From Anthoceros angustus (taxonomy: Eukaryota > Plantae > Anthocerotophyta), in contig VJWM01000107.1 of the NCBI GenBank assembly GCA_010909165.1, positions 248,001 through 312,000 on the forward strand: a stretch of 64,000 nucleotides of DNA. The letters are read 5' to 3'. A program made the translations under genes and the position numbers. The notes below the pieces were generated by a model, which saw nothing but the letters and a program-made list of their open reading frames with translations, had not been told where the DNA came from and searched no databases. Below are positions 12,026 to 23,721 of this stretch, in pieces (the stretch's first letter is position 1; each line of letters starts with the position of its first letter).

Positions 12026-12724
12026 ATGGGGCAGTGGCAGTTGGACTCGTGTTGCAATGGGGAGCAGCTGGCGTTTATGATAACCGTGGGGGTGTTCATC
12101 TTCGTCATTTTGGCGCTATGGAGGACGCCGTTGCTGCTGCCGTTCAAGCTCATCACAGTCTTCCTGCACGAGCTCAGCCACGCCATTGCGTGCAAGCTCA
12201 CCTGCGGGCACGTGGACAGCATCAAGGTGCACGCCAATGAGGGCGGGGCTACGCGCACCAGAGGGGGGGTGACGTGGGTCATTCTGCCCGCGGGGTACCT
12301 TGGATCGTCGTTCTGGGGGTTGGTGCTGGTGGTGATGTCCGTGCGGTGGATCCCGACCCAGGTCGCGGCCGGGCTGCTCATAGTCTCGCTGCTGGTGGTG
12401 TTGCTGAAGGCGGATAATTGGACTTTGCGGTTCCTTGCCGTTGGGTTCATCATTTTCCTGGGGCTGGTGTGGGTGCTGGAGTATAAGAGCGTGGTGCACA
12501 TTCTGCGCTACTGCGTGCTCTTCATCGGGGTCATGAATGGCCTCTTCTCTATTTACGATATCTACGACGACACCATCTCCAGGAGGGTGAACTCCAGCGA
12601 TGCGGAGAAGTTTGCCGAGATCTGTCCCTGCTGCACTGGCTGTGGCTGGGGCATGGTGTGGGGCTTCATCTCCGTCGTCTTTCTCCTGCTAGGAGTCTAC
12701 TTAGCTTTGGTTATCCTAGAGTGA
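12026..12724 (+). CDS. Peptidase M50B-like membrane metalloprotease, intronless
   Basis: 232-aa hydrophobic ORF with FLHELSHA (HExxH), EGG.T.TRGG, LPAGYLGSSFWG and ISRRVNSSDAEKFAE, as in the plant M50B-like family. Confidence 0.88.
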   Translation: MGQWQLDSCCNGEQLAFMITVGVFIFVILALWRTPLLLPFKLITVFLHELSHAIACKLTCGHVDSIKVHANEGGATRTRGGVTWVILPAGYLGSSFWGLVLVVMSVRWIPTQVAAGLLIVSLLVVLLKADNWTLRFLAVGFIIFLGLVWVLEYKSVVHILRYCVLFIGVMNGLFSIYDIYDDTISRRVNSSDAEKFAEICPCCTGCGWGMVWGFISVVFLLLGVYLALVILE

Positions 12725-13077
12725 TTGTTGATTCCTCCCTACCCGTGCTTCCGCATGTGGGTGGGACTCTCTTCCTCTCATTATTTGTAACATTGATCAA
12801 TTCTGTTCATTCCCCGGAGAAGTAAGCCGGTGGGATTTTCCAATGTGGTTTGCAAGGGTCCCTCTCATAAACGTCACCTTGCCCGATTCGGCCGGGCTCC
12901 AGTTTTGCACTTCCAAGGTGTTTGAACGAGCACGGTGGCCCCTGTGTGGTGGCGGTACCACCAGCCCAAACATGGACGCAGATTAGAAACAAGGTGGGAC
13001 AAGTTGAGCAACACTAGTTGTCATCTGCATACACCACACTATCCTTTGAGTCTTTCGTGTTCCTATACAATGGCACC

Positions 13078-13870
13078 TCAAGACGGCTGACTGCCAGAAA
13101 GGGGTTGAACTTGTGGACGATTATCAGTCATACTTTGTACTGGGGGAGGACCCGTCATCGACAAAGACTGGTATTTGGTGTCGTGCTGTTGCAGCTCCCT
13201 GAACTCCTGACAAATAGCACACTGATGGCAGAAGAAGTGTGTCGGGCAGTCTCCACAAGGTGCATCCTGCTCAAATGCAACACCACCACAAAGCTTGAAA
13301 CCGATCTGCTATGTAGCAGCATGCCAGCACATGCATAAAATGCTCAGAACTCGCAAAGCCTTGTACCTCCAAGTTGTACTTCGCTCTTAACGCAGTCCTG
13401 TATCCACAGGCATAACACGAAACACAGGAACCGAGTATTCCAAAAGGTGTTCCCGCATAACAGCAGCCGCTTGCCAACACACCCCAAAGCAAGCAGTGTA
13501 GCACGCAGGGTCCAGCCCACGGTCTACCCTCCAGCAGTTCAACGTTACGGCCAAAAAGGTAACAGGGGCACCACAGTCCTAGACAACCTGTTTGGAAGCA
13601 GAAAGGATTAGCTTACAGGACACAAATCCATCGTCAAAGTGTAGCTCAAATTAGTCGAACAATAAGACACACAGAAGGTAGGACTAGGAACACACAGATT
13701 TGCAGGTCATCAAAACAAGCACATATGCCCGATGACCACCGCTCAGGTTCATGGTGCCCGCTTCTGATTAAATTCGCCGATTCCACTTCCACCGAAATCT
13801 CATCGCCTTGCCCGTCGTCACCTGGAGCCGGGACATATCCAGGCGGTACATAGGCTCCCGCTACCTTCAT
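13078..13870 (-). CDS. PLAC8-family (cell number regulator / plant cadmium resistance-like) Cys-rich protein, 3 exons
   Basis: WSSGICACFDDLQIC|CLGLWCPCYLFGRN...CYACGYRTALRAKYNLE|DAPCGDCPTHFFCHQCAICQEFREL. Stop at 13080-13078. Confidence 0.92.
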
Positions 13871-14799
13871 CCCCTCCTATCAATTTCATACACAGTGTCA
13901 AGCCTGAAATAAAACAAGCAAGGCCACCACAAGGTCGATCATTCATCAGCTAACCGAAACCTAGGAAACCGCATGGCGGTCCATCTCCAGGGTTCTACAG
14001 CAATCCACAACCTGGCGAGGACCGTTTGTGAGCCATTCCACAACCCATCCCTCTACAACCGAGGTTACAATATAGCCTGCCTTGCCACACACGTTTTACA
14101 GCTCATGCTCTACCTCAATTGGGGCGCAGAGAAACCTAGCTCAGAATGTCACAGCCGGAGCTATGGAAAGGGGGATGCCTTTCCCTTCACTCCGCTCCCT
14201 GGTTTGTTAACCACGCAATTGCTGAATGGCCATAGTCCAGCAACCAATTCACCGCATCTGTGGGGACAAACTCAGCTCTGATGTTCAGTTTTCGGAAAAT
14301 TCTCCTACATACACGTTGATTCGTGTTGTCGGACTGGTAATAAGTCATTGAACATCTTTGCGCTTGGGCAATGACGCAGTTAGTGAGGTGAAACCGAGAC
14401 GCGTCAGTTGCGGGTTGAAAACTTTTTCCAATCCCCCCCTCTTGGTTTCTTGAGAATAACTCATTGAACATTGAACCATTCTGCAAAATTAAGTCATTAA
14501 ATAATTCTCCTAAATTCTAGGGGCCGCGTATTGGTCACGTTCATGGGTAGGTATATCTACATACGTCCTACCTAATCAAACACTGCTCTGAAAAATAAAA
14601 TATTTAAAAAATTACTACTCAATATTTGAATAATTATTACCCAAATATCTAAATAATGTATATCAACCATGCTTGGTCAATGCATTTGGCTACTTGGTTA
14701 CTACCGACAACACTCTAAAACATATTTGTCATATTCTTTAAGTCGCCATAATCTGAGATTCGGATGGTGACGTCATGATGCTTACGGATGAGCTGGCAG

Positions 14800-15055
14800 G
14801 CAATAGTGTGGCATGGTCTTACTCTGATAGAGCTGAAGGGTTTGATACATTATAGATAGTGTGGCATGGTCTGCAATAGTGTGGCATGGTCCTACTCTGA
14901 TAGAGCTGAAGGGTTTGATACATTATAGATAGTCTGGCATGGTCCGCAATAGTATGGCATGGTCCTACTCTGATAGAGCTCAAGGGTTTGATACATTATA
15001 GATAGTGTGGCATGGTCCTACTCTGATAGAGCTAAAGGGTTTGATACATTATAGT
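14800..15055. repeat. Tandem repeat, 73-bp period, about 3.5 copies
   Basis: GCAATAGTGTGGCATGGTCCTACTCTGATAGAGCTGAAGGGTTTGATACATTATAG recurs at about 14800, 14873, 14946 and partially at 15004. Confidence 0.9.
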
Positions 15056-15929
15056 TTGTCCCACTGCCTCCTCACTTCACTACCTTATGGCCGATACGCC
15101 ACAACCAACCTTCTCCTACAAAAGGGCCGCTCTGGTATAGGATGCAAGTGCTGCAACCCTCTCCCATATTCCACTTGGGTCAGCACATAGTTGGATGGCA
15201 CCTCCCGCATCGTCGTCTGGCTATCGACCATAGATCCGTTGCTCTGCCCTACTCTAATTGTTTTCTTAGTTCTAAGCTAGTTCTGATTGTTGTTGCCACT
15301 AACCTTGTTGCCCTACCTGACTGATTTGCTAGCTCTCAGTGGAATTCTAAGGTCCACAGGGCTTGTGAACTTGTTCGAGCTTTTAGGAATGAGTATTATG
15401 TATGTGTTATTTCCTACAGATTGTTTCACCAGCCTTCCCTACAACATGAGCAAAAAGCCGCAAGAAAGGGTTCACCCAATCATCTGATAAAGGCAGGGAC
15501 CTTGCCACACGTGCCTTGACAGAGTTACTAGAAGCATCCAATAATGAGCAACTTGGAGTCAACAACAATGCAATGGAACAAAACCAACAATCGGTTAGAG
15601 TCAAGCATTTTTGTAACATTTCTAGAGATTCATAACAATGAACAACACACTCACTAGTAGTCCATCACATCATTAGAGGTGTACATTAAACTCAATAAAC
15701 GATACAAAAGACTGTATATGCCCAATCTAAGGAAAAACGCTTATAACTATTAACCCTAAGTGGTAGCAATGTAGACTAAGTAACCATTAATTATTTAACA
15801 CACCCACTCATTGTTAACTAGCTTAGTTGAGTAGAATTATATACAGCATGTATATCAAAGAGTTAGACAAAACCTCGAACTCAAGCCCTTGTACCATGCA
15901 CCATCAAACATAAACGCCTAAGGAAAACA

Positions 15930-16950
15930 GGTTACTCCCAAGCGTCCTTCTACGGGTGCAGCCTTCAAAGCGCCTTCTTCACAATCGCAGGCGTGGTGCT
16001 ACCATTTCCTTTTCCGATGGACGATAATTTTTACCAATGTCCTGACCCATCAGTCCCTCAGGTCCAACATCAACGACCCATTGGAGGATCTCTACACCTC
16101 CCCTCTCAAGAGCATTGCCTTAGCAGCCTCTAGCTTTCCCTTTCCGAGGAGTGGTTCCGGGACTACGCCTCCTATCTCCTCCGGTGGGCAGTTGTATACC
16201 GCCCAGATCGCCTCCAGCATCCATTATCTGGGATCCTCCCTCAGGCTTTTGGAGCGAACCGACTCGTTGGCCGTCGCCAATATCTTCCTCGCGTATTTTG
16301 GGAAAAATGACATACTGTCGTATGTCCACACCGCTTAGAATACCTCCAGACGCTATTCCTGCACCAGGTTTCCAACCTCCTCTAGCCATGGCCCGAATTA
16401 ATTTGGGTAATGCTTGGTGGTGATGTTTTTCTCCACCAGTGTCCACAGAGCAAGGACCTCCGTCTTCGACTTCTTCGGCGCCATCCTACTGTGCTTCCTG
16501 CTTACTTGCTGGGGAGCCTTCGCGCTACCATACCTCCTGCCAACCTTGGCTCAGGTGGAACGCGAAGTAAGCGGTGCATCTCAAAGCTTCATCGCTCTGT
16601 ACTAGTGCTGGTACGCCGGAAGAGCAAACGCCAGAGAGCAGGGTGTCGGAGTGCGAGGGAGTGAGAAAACTGCCAAGATGCGAAACCGAGCCGACCCCTT
16701 CCACTCCTGGTTGCGGCGCAGGGGACGTAACTGTCGCGCGGGAACGTGTCCTTCCGCATCCGGCGACTTCCGTCCACCTACATCTCATACTGCACCTTCA
16801 CGTCTCTGGCCCGCCGTTGTTTGATACATGTCCCTGGGTCATGAACTCCGCCCTAGACTGCTAATAATGTCCTCTGGCAGGTCTGCGGCTGCCGGACCTC
16901 CTCTTGAGCCTTCCGGTCCGTTTCCAATGGAGTTTTAGCTGCGCCGCCGG
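15930..16950 (-). mobile_element. Degenerate coding-like sequence, probably transposon-derived (accessory ORF remnant)
   Basis: One minus-strand frame gives protein-like text (SMSFFPKYARKILATANESVRSKSLREDPR*WMLEAIWAVYNCPPEE...KLEAAKAMLLRGE) broken by several stops. It lies in an AT-rich repeat block next to a Copia remnant. Family not recognised. Confidence 0.3.
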
Positions 16951-17139
16951 AGTTTGGCCCCATAGGTCTTATTGCCTGAATTTTTCCTCTATTTTCACAC
17001 CAAATCACACACACAAAAAAACAAACCCTCTATGAAACTAACTCTTGGGAAGATCAAAGCGTTTGTTCCTTGTCCACAATTGGTGAGGCTCTTCCTTTGT
17101 AACTCTCTCATAGCTGAATCTGCTCCTGGTCTTCATCGT

Positions 17140-17340
17140 GAGGAGCAGAAAGTTTGTAGAAGCGTAAAGGATGAGCTCGATGCTGTAGGCTATGTGGAGC
17201 ATCATGGCGTCTGGAAGAAAGTTTGTAGAAGCGTAAAGGATGAGCTCGATGCTTGGCCAAGCAGCTCCACATGGCGTCTGGAAGTACGAAGACATGCTTG
17301 GCCAAGCAGCTCCACATGGCGTCTGGAAGTACGAAGACAG
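17140..17340. repeat. Compound tandem duplications (about 70-bp and 45-bp periods)
   Basis: AAAGTTTGTAGAAGCGTAAAGGATGAGCTCGATGCT occurs twice and TGCTTGGCCAAGCAGCTCCACATGGCGTCTGGAAGTACGAAGACA twice. Confidence 0.85.
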
Positions 17341-17699
17341 TTGATGCGTAATCGAGCTGGAGAGTGGAGCGTAAAGGCTTGCGCTTATCATAGAGTTCAC
17401 ATGACAATCCAGTAGAAGGGAATCTAGGGGGTACACATGATAACCTAGCGTAGATAGCTTAAGAGGAAGTGTTACGAGGAGGGTTATTTTAGTAAGCCCT
17501 TGGATAATCTACCTATACGTAGGTTATATGCATATTAGGGCCGTATATATGAAAGGACACAATGATGATATATTTAAAACAATTTTCTACTTATTAATTA
17601 ATTGCCTATTCTAAGTCACATGTTCTAAGCTCTCGCGCTCTGGCTCTTACCAAAAGGTTTCAACTTGCATACCTCATCAGGATGTGACTTGTCCTCACA

Positions 17700-18400
17700 C
17701 CCTTTAGATTGGCACATGTACAGATATATGTGCAAAAGCCCGAGAGCCTAAGACCCGATGATGGAGAAGATTGGGTTTCCTCTGCCATATGACTTCATAA
17801 GGCATCTTATGAGGAATAGAGCTGGTAAAGAGGCGATTCAAGACATATGTGGCCGATACAATAGCTTCAGTCCAGAAACGTTGAGATAAGCCAACTTACA
17901 CTAACATGCTACGAGTCATAGAAAGTAGGGTCTGGTTTTTCCGATCTGCAACCTCGTTTTGCTGGGGAGTATAGGGAACTGTCAATTGCCTCTAAATACC
18001 ACGCTCTTGAAGGAACTGATCAAAGACATTGTTGACAAATTCTGTGCCGTTATCTATGCGAAAAGACTTAAGCAGTTTCCCAGTCTGACGTTGTATAGTT
18101 ATCGATCAATCTTTGAAGAGATCCAAGGTCTCATGCTTGTGTTCCATTGTGTAGGTTGGCAAGTATAGCGGGGGTAATTATCTGTGAGACAAAGATAATA
18201 CCAAGCTCCATCAATGGATGGTAGATGGATCTTTCCAAAGATGTCAGCATGAACCAGTTCAAGGACTTCCTCGGCTCTATGAGAAGCTGAGGAAGGAAAT
18301 GGCTGCTGTTTCTACTTGGCAATGATACATGCTTCACAGGGTGGTAGATCCTTGATACATTGAGGTAAGGGTTCCATATGACAGCCCTGTAGAGACCTTT
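17700..18400 (-). mobile_element. Ty1/Copia LTR-retrotransposon integrase remnant (frameshifted, with stops)
   Basis: Minus strand reads ELVHADIFGKI...YYLCLTDNY and, after a shift, DNGTEFVNNVFDQFLQERGI*RQLTVPYTPQQNEVADRKNQTL, which is the Copia integrase core (D,D..E; YTPQQNGVAERKN consensus). Confidence 0.88.
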
Positions 18401-18895
18401 CTATCCGCTTACTTTTATTTACATGGCCGAAGCGTCCATGCCATAGAATAGCTAGTCTCTGTGTTCATCCATGTTTCACTTATCTTTTGATCATTAAATT
18501 GCGCCTTCACGCCTGACTTACAGCGTCGTTTGTCATTGCGGGACCCATAAATGTAAATATTTCTATGCAGGTTGGTCCCATTAAAACCTGCATAATGGCT
18601 TTGCGTCTTGCGCTCGTCGGGTTTCGACATTAAAAACCAGCGACCAGTTGTGGATTTATCAGTGCCATCATAAATGACAAACATCGTTGTTTTACAGCGG
18701 CTTCCAATCGGGACTGCACTTTTGTGACTGTGACATCACGGTCATTTCTTATTTAGGTTGTTTGAGCAACATGTTTGAGAAACTTCCATTTTCATCCGAC
18801 TTTGTCCCGGGCTAACTTTTCAGTGAATTGCCTTCGGGCCGAAAAGACATACAGAGAGCGTGATAGAGTTTTTGGGTTGAGAAAATGATGCCCAC

Positions 18896-19105
18896 TATGT
18901 ATGTCCAAATGGCTTAGGCCAAATAAAATACACAACGTAGTGATTAAGCATCCTGTGCTTAGATAGGTACTTAGATGGGGTGCCTAAAGGGAGTGGATGC
19001 CCTTGGTGCAAGTAGCTTAGGCACACCATGGTACAAGTTGTTAAGTACCAAGTCCCATGACGGAAATCCATCCTTAGTGGACTTAAATAAAATTCTTCTT
19101 CTTTT
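18896..19105 (+). repeat. Dispersed repeat copy, SINE-like, ending in AATAAA plus (TTC)n
   Basis: Near-identical to 56540-56757 (CTTAGATGGGGTGCCTAA...CCCTTGGTGCAAGTAGCTTAGGCACACCATGGTACAAGTTGTTAAGTACCAAGTCCCATGACGGAAATCC...TAAATAAAATTCTTCTT). Confidence 0.85.
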
Positions 19106-19364
19106 TGTATGGCATCATAAGTCAGTCCTTAGTGGACTACGAAATTGTTTTTCAACTTTTCTTCTATGCCTTGCCCGAAACAGTTACCTATCAAGATTTA
19201 GACCCGATATACATAAGTACATACATACAAGCACCGAGGAAAGTCGTAGTGGTAAACCGTGGAGCTGGTCTCAAGACGCCGTGGTAAAAGGCGTCTGCCT
19301 TGCGGTTCGGATAGCGGAGGCAGTATGCCAATGAGCACCCTGACCCGGGGCAGAAATATCAGGA

Positions 19365-19400
19365 CCCTTATCTCCTATCCTCTCGCGCTGGACGTGTGGC
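19365..19400 (+). promoter_or_regulatory. Possible light-responsive elements (I-box core CTTATC and ACGTG G-box core) upstream of PsaD
   Basis: CTTATC at 19367 and GACGTG at about 19391, 130-160 bp upstream of a photosynthesis gene. The motifs are short and could be chance. Confidence 0.3.
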
Positions 19401-19526
19401 TGCCTCACATCAGCCGCGCATTCCTGTCAAACTCTATCGACCCTCACTGCCTTTGCAGTTTAGTATTGCGCGCATCCACCCCGCACTCCTCCTCCGAATT
19501 TCCAACCTCACCTCCGGACTGCAGCG

Positions 19527-20138
19527 ATGGCGGCCATGACGACAGCCGCGACCGCGGTGGTGGCAGCGGCCGCGCCCGTCGTGGCCAGGGAGAGCAGCAC
19601 CAGCAGCGTGCGGGCCCGCTCGTCGGCATTGTTCGGCCAGAGAATGCAGGCCGTGTGCGCAGGCGCCAGGGTGAGCATGACAGCTGCGGAGGCCGAGGCG
19701 CCGGTCGGGTTCACTCCCCCGGAGCTCAAGGCCGACACGCCCTCGCCTATCTTCGGGGGCAGCACCGGCGGCCTCCTGCGGAAGGCGCAGGTGGAGGAGT
19801 TCTATGTCATCACGTGGGAATCTCCCAAGGAGCAGATTTTCGAGCTTCCCACCGGGGGCGCGGCCATCATGCGCTCCGGCCCTAACCTGCTCAAGCTGGC
19901 CCGCAAGGAGCAGTGCCTGGCGCTGGGAACCAAGCTCAGGACCAAGTTCAAGATCCAGTACCAATTCTACAGAGTGTTCCCCAACGGAGAAGTGCAGTAC
20001 CTGCACCCCAAGGACGGAGTCTACCCCGAGAAGGTGAACGCTGGCAGGAAGGGAGTGGGAATCAACTCCCGCAGCATCGGCAAGAACGCCAATCCCGCTA
20101 CCGTCAAGTTCACAGGAAAGGCTGCCTTCGACTTGTAG
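19527..20138 (+). CDS. PSAD: Photosystem I reaction centre subunit II (PsaD), intronless, with transit peptide
   Basis: GFTPPEL...[63 protein letters not shown]...[25 protein letters not shown]. Confidence 0.99.
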   Translation: MAAMTTAATAVVAAAAPVVARESSTSSVRARSSALFGQRMQAVCAGARVSMTAAEAEAPVGFTPPELKADTPSPIFGGSTGGLLRKAQVEEFYVITWESPKEQIFELPTGGAAIMRSGPNLLKLARKEQCLALGTKLRTKFKIQYQFYRVFPNGEVQYLHPKDGVYPEKVNAGRKGVGINSRSIGKNANPATVKFTGKAAFDL

Positions 20139-20772
20139 AGCTTATGCTGCTCTGGCTGACTCCATCCGCCGCTGTATCGTGTACAGTTTCTTGTAGTCTG
20201 TCCTATCAATGACACCACATTCTGTTCCTCACTGCCTTGTCTCGATCTGGTTTTTGTGTTGCGTCACATCGATGGCGTTTCCTGATTGAGACTTGGCATG
20301 CATCCCGGCTGATCGATGGCACAGGCTTTCTGCCACCTGACTGGCTTGTCCGTCAGAATGTGTAGACCATTTGTTCCTCCTACAAATATTCGTAGAGTAA
20401 TCAGAAGGCCCAAATAGCGGCTCTCTGTCTAATATAGCACTGGACGTGTACCTACATTATTGTCATTGAAGGCCATTTTAGTCTTCACAAGTATACATCT
20501 GCTTCTGCTGAACTGTTCTGTGTTGCAAATTATTTGTGACTTCCATACCTAGTTGATTTCAAGCTTCCCCTGCAATGCCCAATCGTGTGTACAAATGATG
20601 AGCTTGAGACCAATCTTGCGTTGGTCGCAAGAGGGATCGGATGGTGTTCCGTTTTGAAGTGTTTGGTGTTTTGCTAATGTCTCCACGAAAAATGATTCTC
20701 AAATCCGCTTGAGGTCTTAATACCTGTGTGACACCTAGGTGGGTTCACTGGTATCCCAGGGTTTTGCAGGCG

Positions 20773-23504
20773 TCACCAATAATCGTTGCAGGAACATACG
20801 CCATCCTTGAAGTGGTGAAAGCGTGTAGCATCCCTAGTTACTATAACTCTGTCCGCAATTTTGGATAAGTACTTGGCAGCACTGTGGCAATCGCCACACA
20901 TGCGAAGGTTTTTTATCACCCGAATGGGTGTTCCAGGCGGGGTGCTGATGAGCCCATAGGCAATGGCCAGCTTCTCGCTGTGGTGGCGAAGGGACACTTC
21001 CTTCTCTTCTTCGGTCATGTTGTGGAGGACGAACCGTGTTTCAGGCACATACCCTGCAGCCTTCATTTTCTTGCTCAGTTCCTCCAGAGCTTCATGGATG
21101 TCCCTTACCTGTGGGTGTGACTTATCATCTGCCAGGAAAGCGTGGACCTGGTTATTAAGATCGATCCAGCTGCGCCCAGGTTCTAGCTTTATGCCCTTCT
21201 CTTTGATCAAATGCCGTACTCGGGACTCATCACTCCACTGTCCAGCTGCAGCATAGGTGTTGGCCAGAAGTACTAATGCTGAAGCATTCAGAGGTTCCAC
21301 CTCTAAGACACGTCTTGCAGCCAGTTGGGCTAAATCTACGTCTCTGTGTAGTCTGCACGCTCCAAGCAGGGTCAGCCACACAGCTGCACCAGGGCGACCA
21401 GGCATGGTGGATATGAACCTTTCCGCCTCGTCAAGCTGACCAGCGCGGCTGAGGAGACTCACCATGCAGCAATAATGCTCCTCTGACGGTGGGATGCCAT
21501 GCACCTTCCACATATTGCTAAAAATCTCCAGACCTTCCTGCACAAGTCCCAGTTGGCTGCAAGCAGTGAGCACGGAAACAAATGTTATGTGATCAGGCTT
21601 CACTCGCTCTTCTAGCATCTTTCTGAAAAGCTCCAAAGCTTCCTTGCCATTCCCATTTTGGGCATAACCAGCAATCAGCGTAGTCCAAGCGACCACATCT
21701 TGCATTTGCAGTTTCTCAAACACTGCATATGCATCCTCTATGCTCCCGCACTTAGCATACATGTCGATGAGCCCATTTCCCACGAATGCATTTGCAATGA
21801 AGCCACGTTCATTGATAAGTGCATGAACCTTCCTGCCCTCCTCCAAAGCTGCTATGCAAGAGCAAGCTTTGAGAACCGAGAGCACAGTCACCTCATTTGG
21901 CTCCACGTCTCCAAGAAGCATAAGTTTGAAGAGCTTAAGTGCCTGCTCGCCGAAACCGAGATTGGTATATCCAGCAATCATGGCCGTCCAAGATTGGACG
22001 GTTTGGTTGGGCATTCTATCAAATACTTGACGAGCATTCTGTATGCTTCCACACTTTGCATACATGTCCACAAGCGCTGGCCCCAATGCATCACAATCTA
22101 ACTCACTGTCCATTATAAGAGCATGTATGCGTTTACCCTCTGCTAATACACTAAGTGCAGCACATGCTCTCAGGAGGCCAAGAAAGGTGACTGCGTTAGG
22201 CTTCACCTTCGCCTTCTGCATTTCCTCAAACAAGCCTAAAGCTTCCTTTGCATAACCGTGCTGCGCATATCCAGATATCATAGCACTCCATGTTATCACA
22301 TCCTTCTCAGCAATTTTGTCAAACACATTCTGAGCAGCTTGAACCCGTCCACACTTGCAATACATATCCAGGAGTGCCTTCCCAACGAAAATGTCCGACT
22401 CTAACCCACTTCCAACAATACGGGCATGAACTTGTTCACCAACATCAACTGCTGCAATGCTGGCACAAGCTTTCAGCAAAGCTACAAATGTGAAGCTGTT
22501 GGGTTGTACACCTTCCTCCAGCATTCGTTGGAACACTTTCAGAGCTGTCTTACCCAACCCTTTGTCAGCATACCCCGAAATCAGTGTAGTCCAGGAAACC
22601 ACGTTTCTCTCAGGCATCTCCGAGAAGCAATGCTGAGCGTCAGGCATACTATCACACTTAGCATACATATCAATGAGGCAGTTTCCCACACTCATATTTG
22701 AAGTCAAGCCAGCCTGAACAATCAGGTCATGGATGCGTTTCCCTTTCTCCAGGGCCTTAAGACTAGCACATGCCTTAAGAACACTTATGAAAGTGACTGC
22801 GTTTGGGCTCACACGTTTCTTCTTCATCTTCTGGAACAACTCCAGGGCCTCTGCCCCTTGCCCCTGATTGGCATATCCCTCGATCATAGCGGTGCAGCAA
22901 AACGTATTTTGTTTAGGCATCCTGTCAAAAATCTCACGAGCTTCATCCATTCTCCCGCATTTAGTGTACATCAAAATAAGGTTACCGGCCACAAAATTGT
23001 TACTCTGCCATCCACTCTTGCGGATATGCTCGTGCACCCTCTTTCCTTGAGGGAGAGCCCTACTTCTTGTGCACTCCTGCAGAAGCGATGCATACATACA
23101 GCTGGTAGGCTGGATACCCTGCACATCCATAGAATCCAGCGCCTGCAGAGCATCGTTCAATTTCCCTTTCTGACAGAGCTTCGTCAGGAGCTCGGCTGAT
23201 ATACCAGGCTTCCGGTGTTCCCCCAGCCTGCACCAAACCAGATGAAAAGAAACAAAGTTGAGTACCTAACCAATTCAAACCATGCAGAACGGCAGCGAGT
23301 CCCTGCAGTGACCCACCTCCCCTCGTGGCGGCTTAGATTCGGCCAAAGAGCACCAGAGCCATGCTGTACGAGATTAATAGCTGATGTGGACAAAAAGCGA
23401 AGACTGTCCAGTGTCCCAGAGCATGGAATGTGCTGATGCCTGAACCTTGGTGCAGTCACAGAGGTCCAAGCTACACAAGAAAATTTGCGGATACCGCGAG
23501 CCAT
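20773..23504 (-). CDS. PLS-E-DYW PPR protein (canonical C-to-U RNA-editing factor), 2 exons (23504-23317, 23227-20773)
   Basis: PLS repeats, PG box PGRSWI, HSEKLAIAYGL, CGDCH and terminal CSCNDYW. An 89-bp GT-AG intron (23316-23228) joins an R/S-rich targeting peptide (MARGIRKFS...) in frame. Confidence 0.95.
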
Positions 23505-23721
23505 TCCAGCCTCTCCTCAGCATCCTCGCAATGTCGTAATTAAAAACCTCGTGCACCAGGATCCTGCGGATGTGGTTTTCATAGAATTCAGGGAGTCTGT
23601 CAGCGGTGTGCGCATCCTCCTACTGGCCCAGCCGGTCTGTAAGCAATAATGTTTGTCTAAGCTCCGACCCCGGCTTAACGATAGTCTACTCATGTGGCAC
23701 ATTTCCCATCCGCTCCCAACA

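Noticed and set aside
14800-15055. CRISPR-like appearance of regularly spaced repeats (also 24770-24940 and 54080-54740)
   Set aside because: Units are contiguous tandem copies without unique spacers, there are no cas genes, and the context is eukaryotic.
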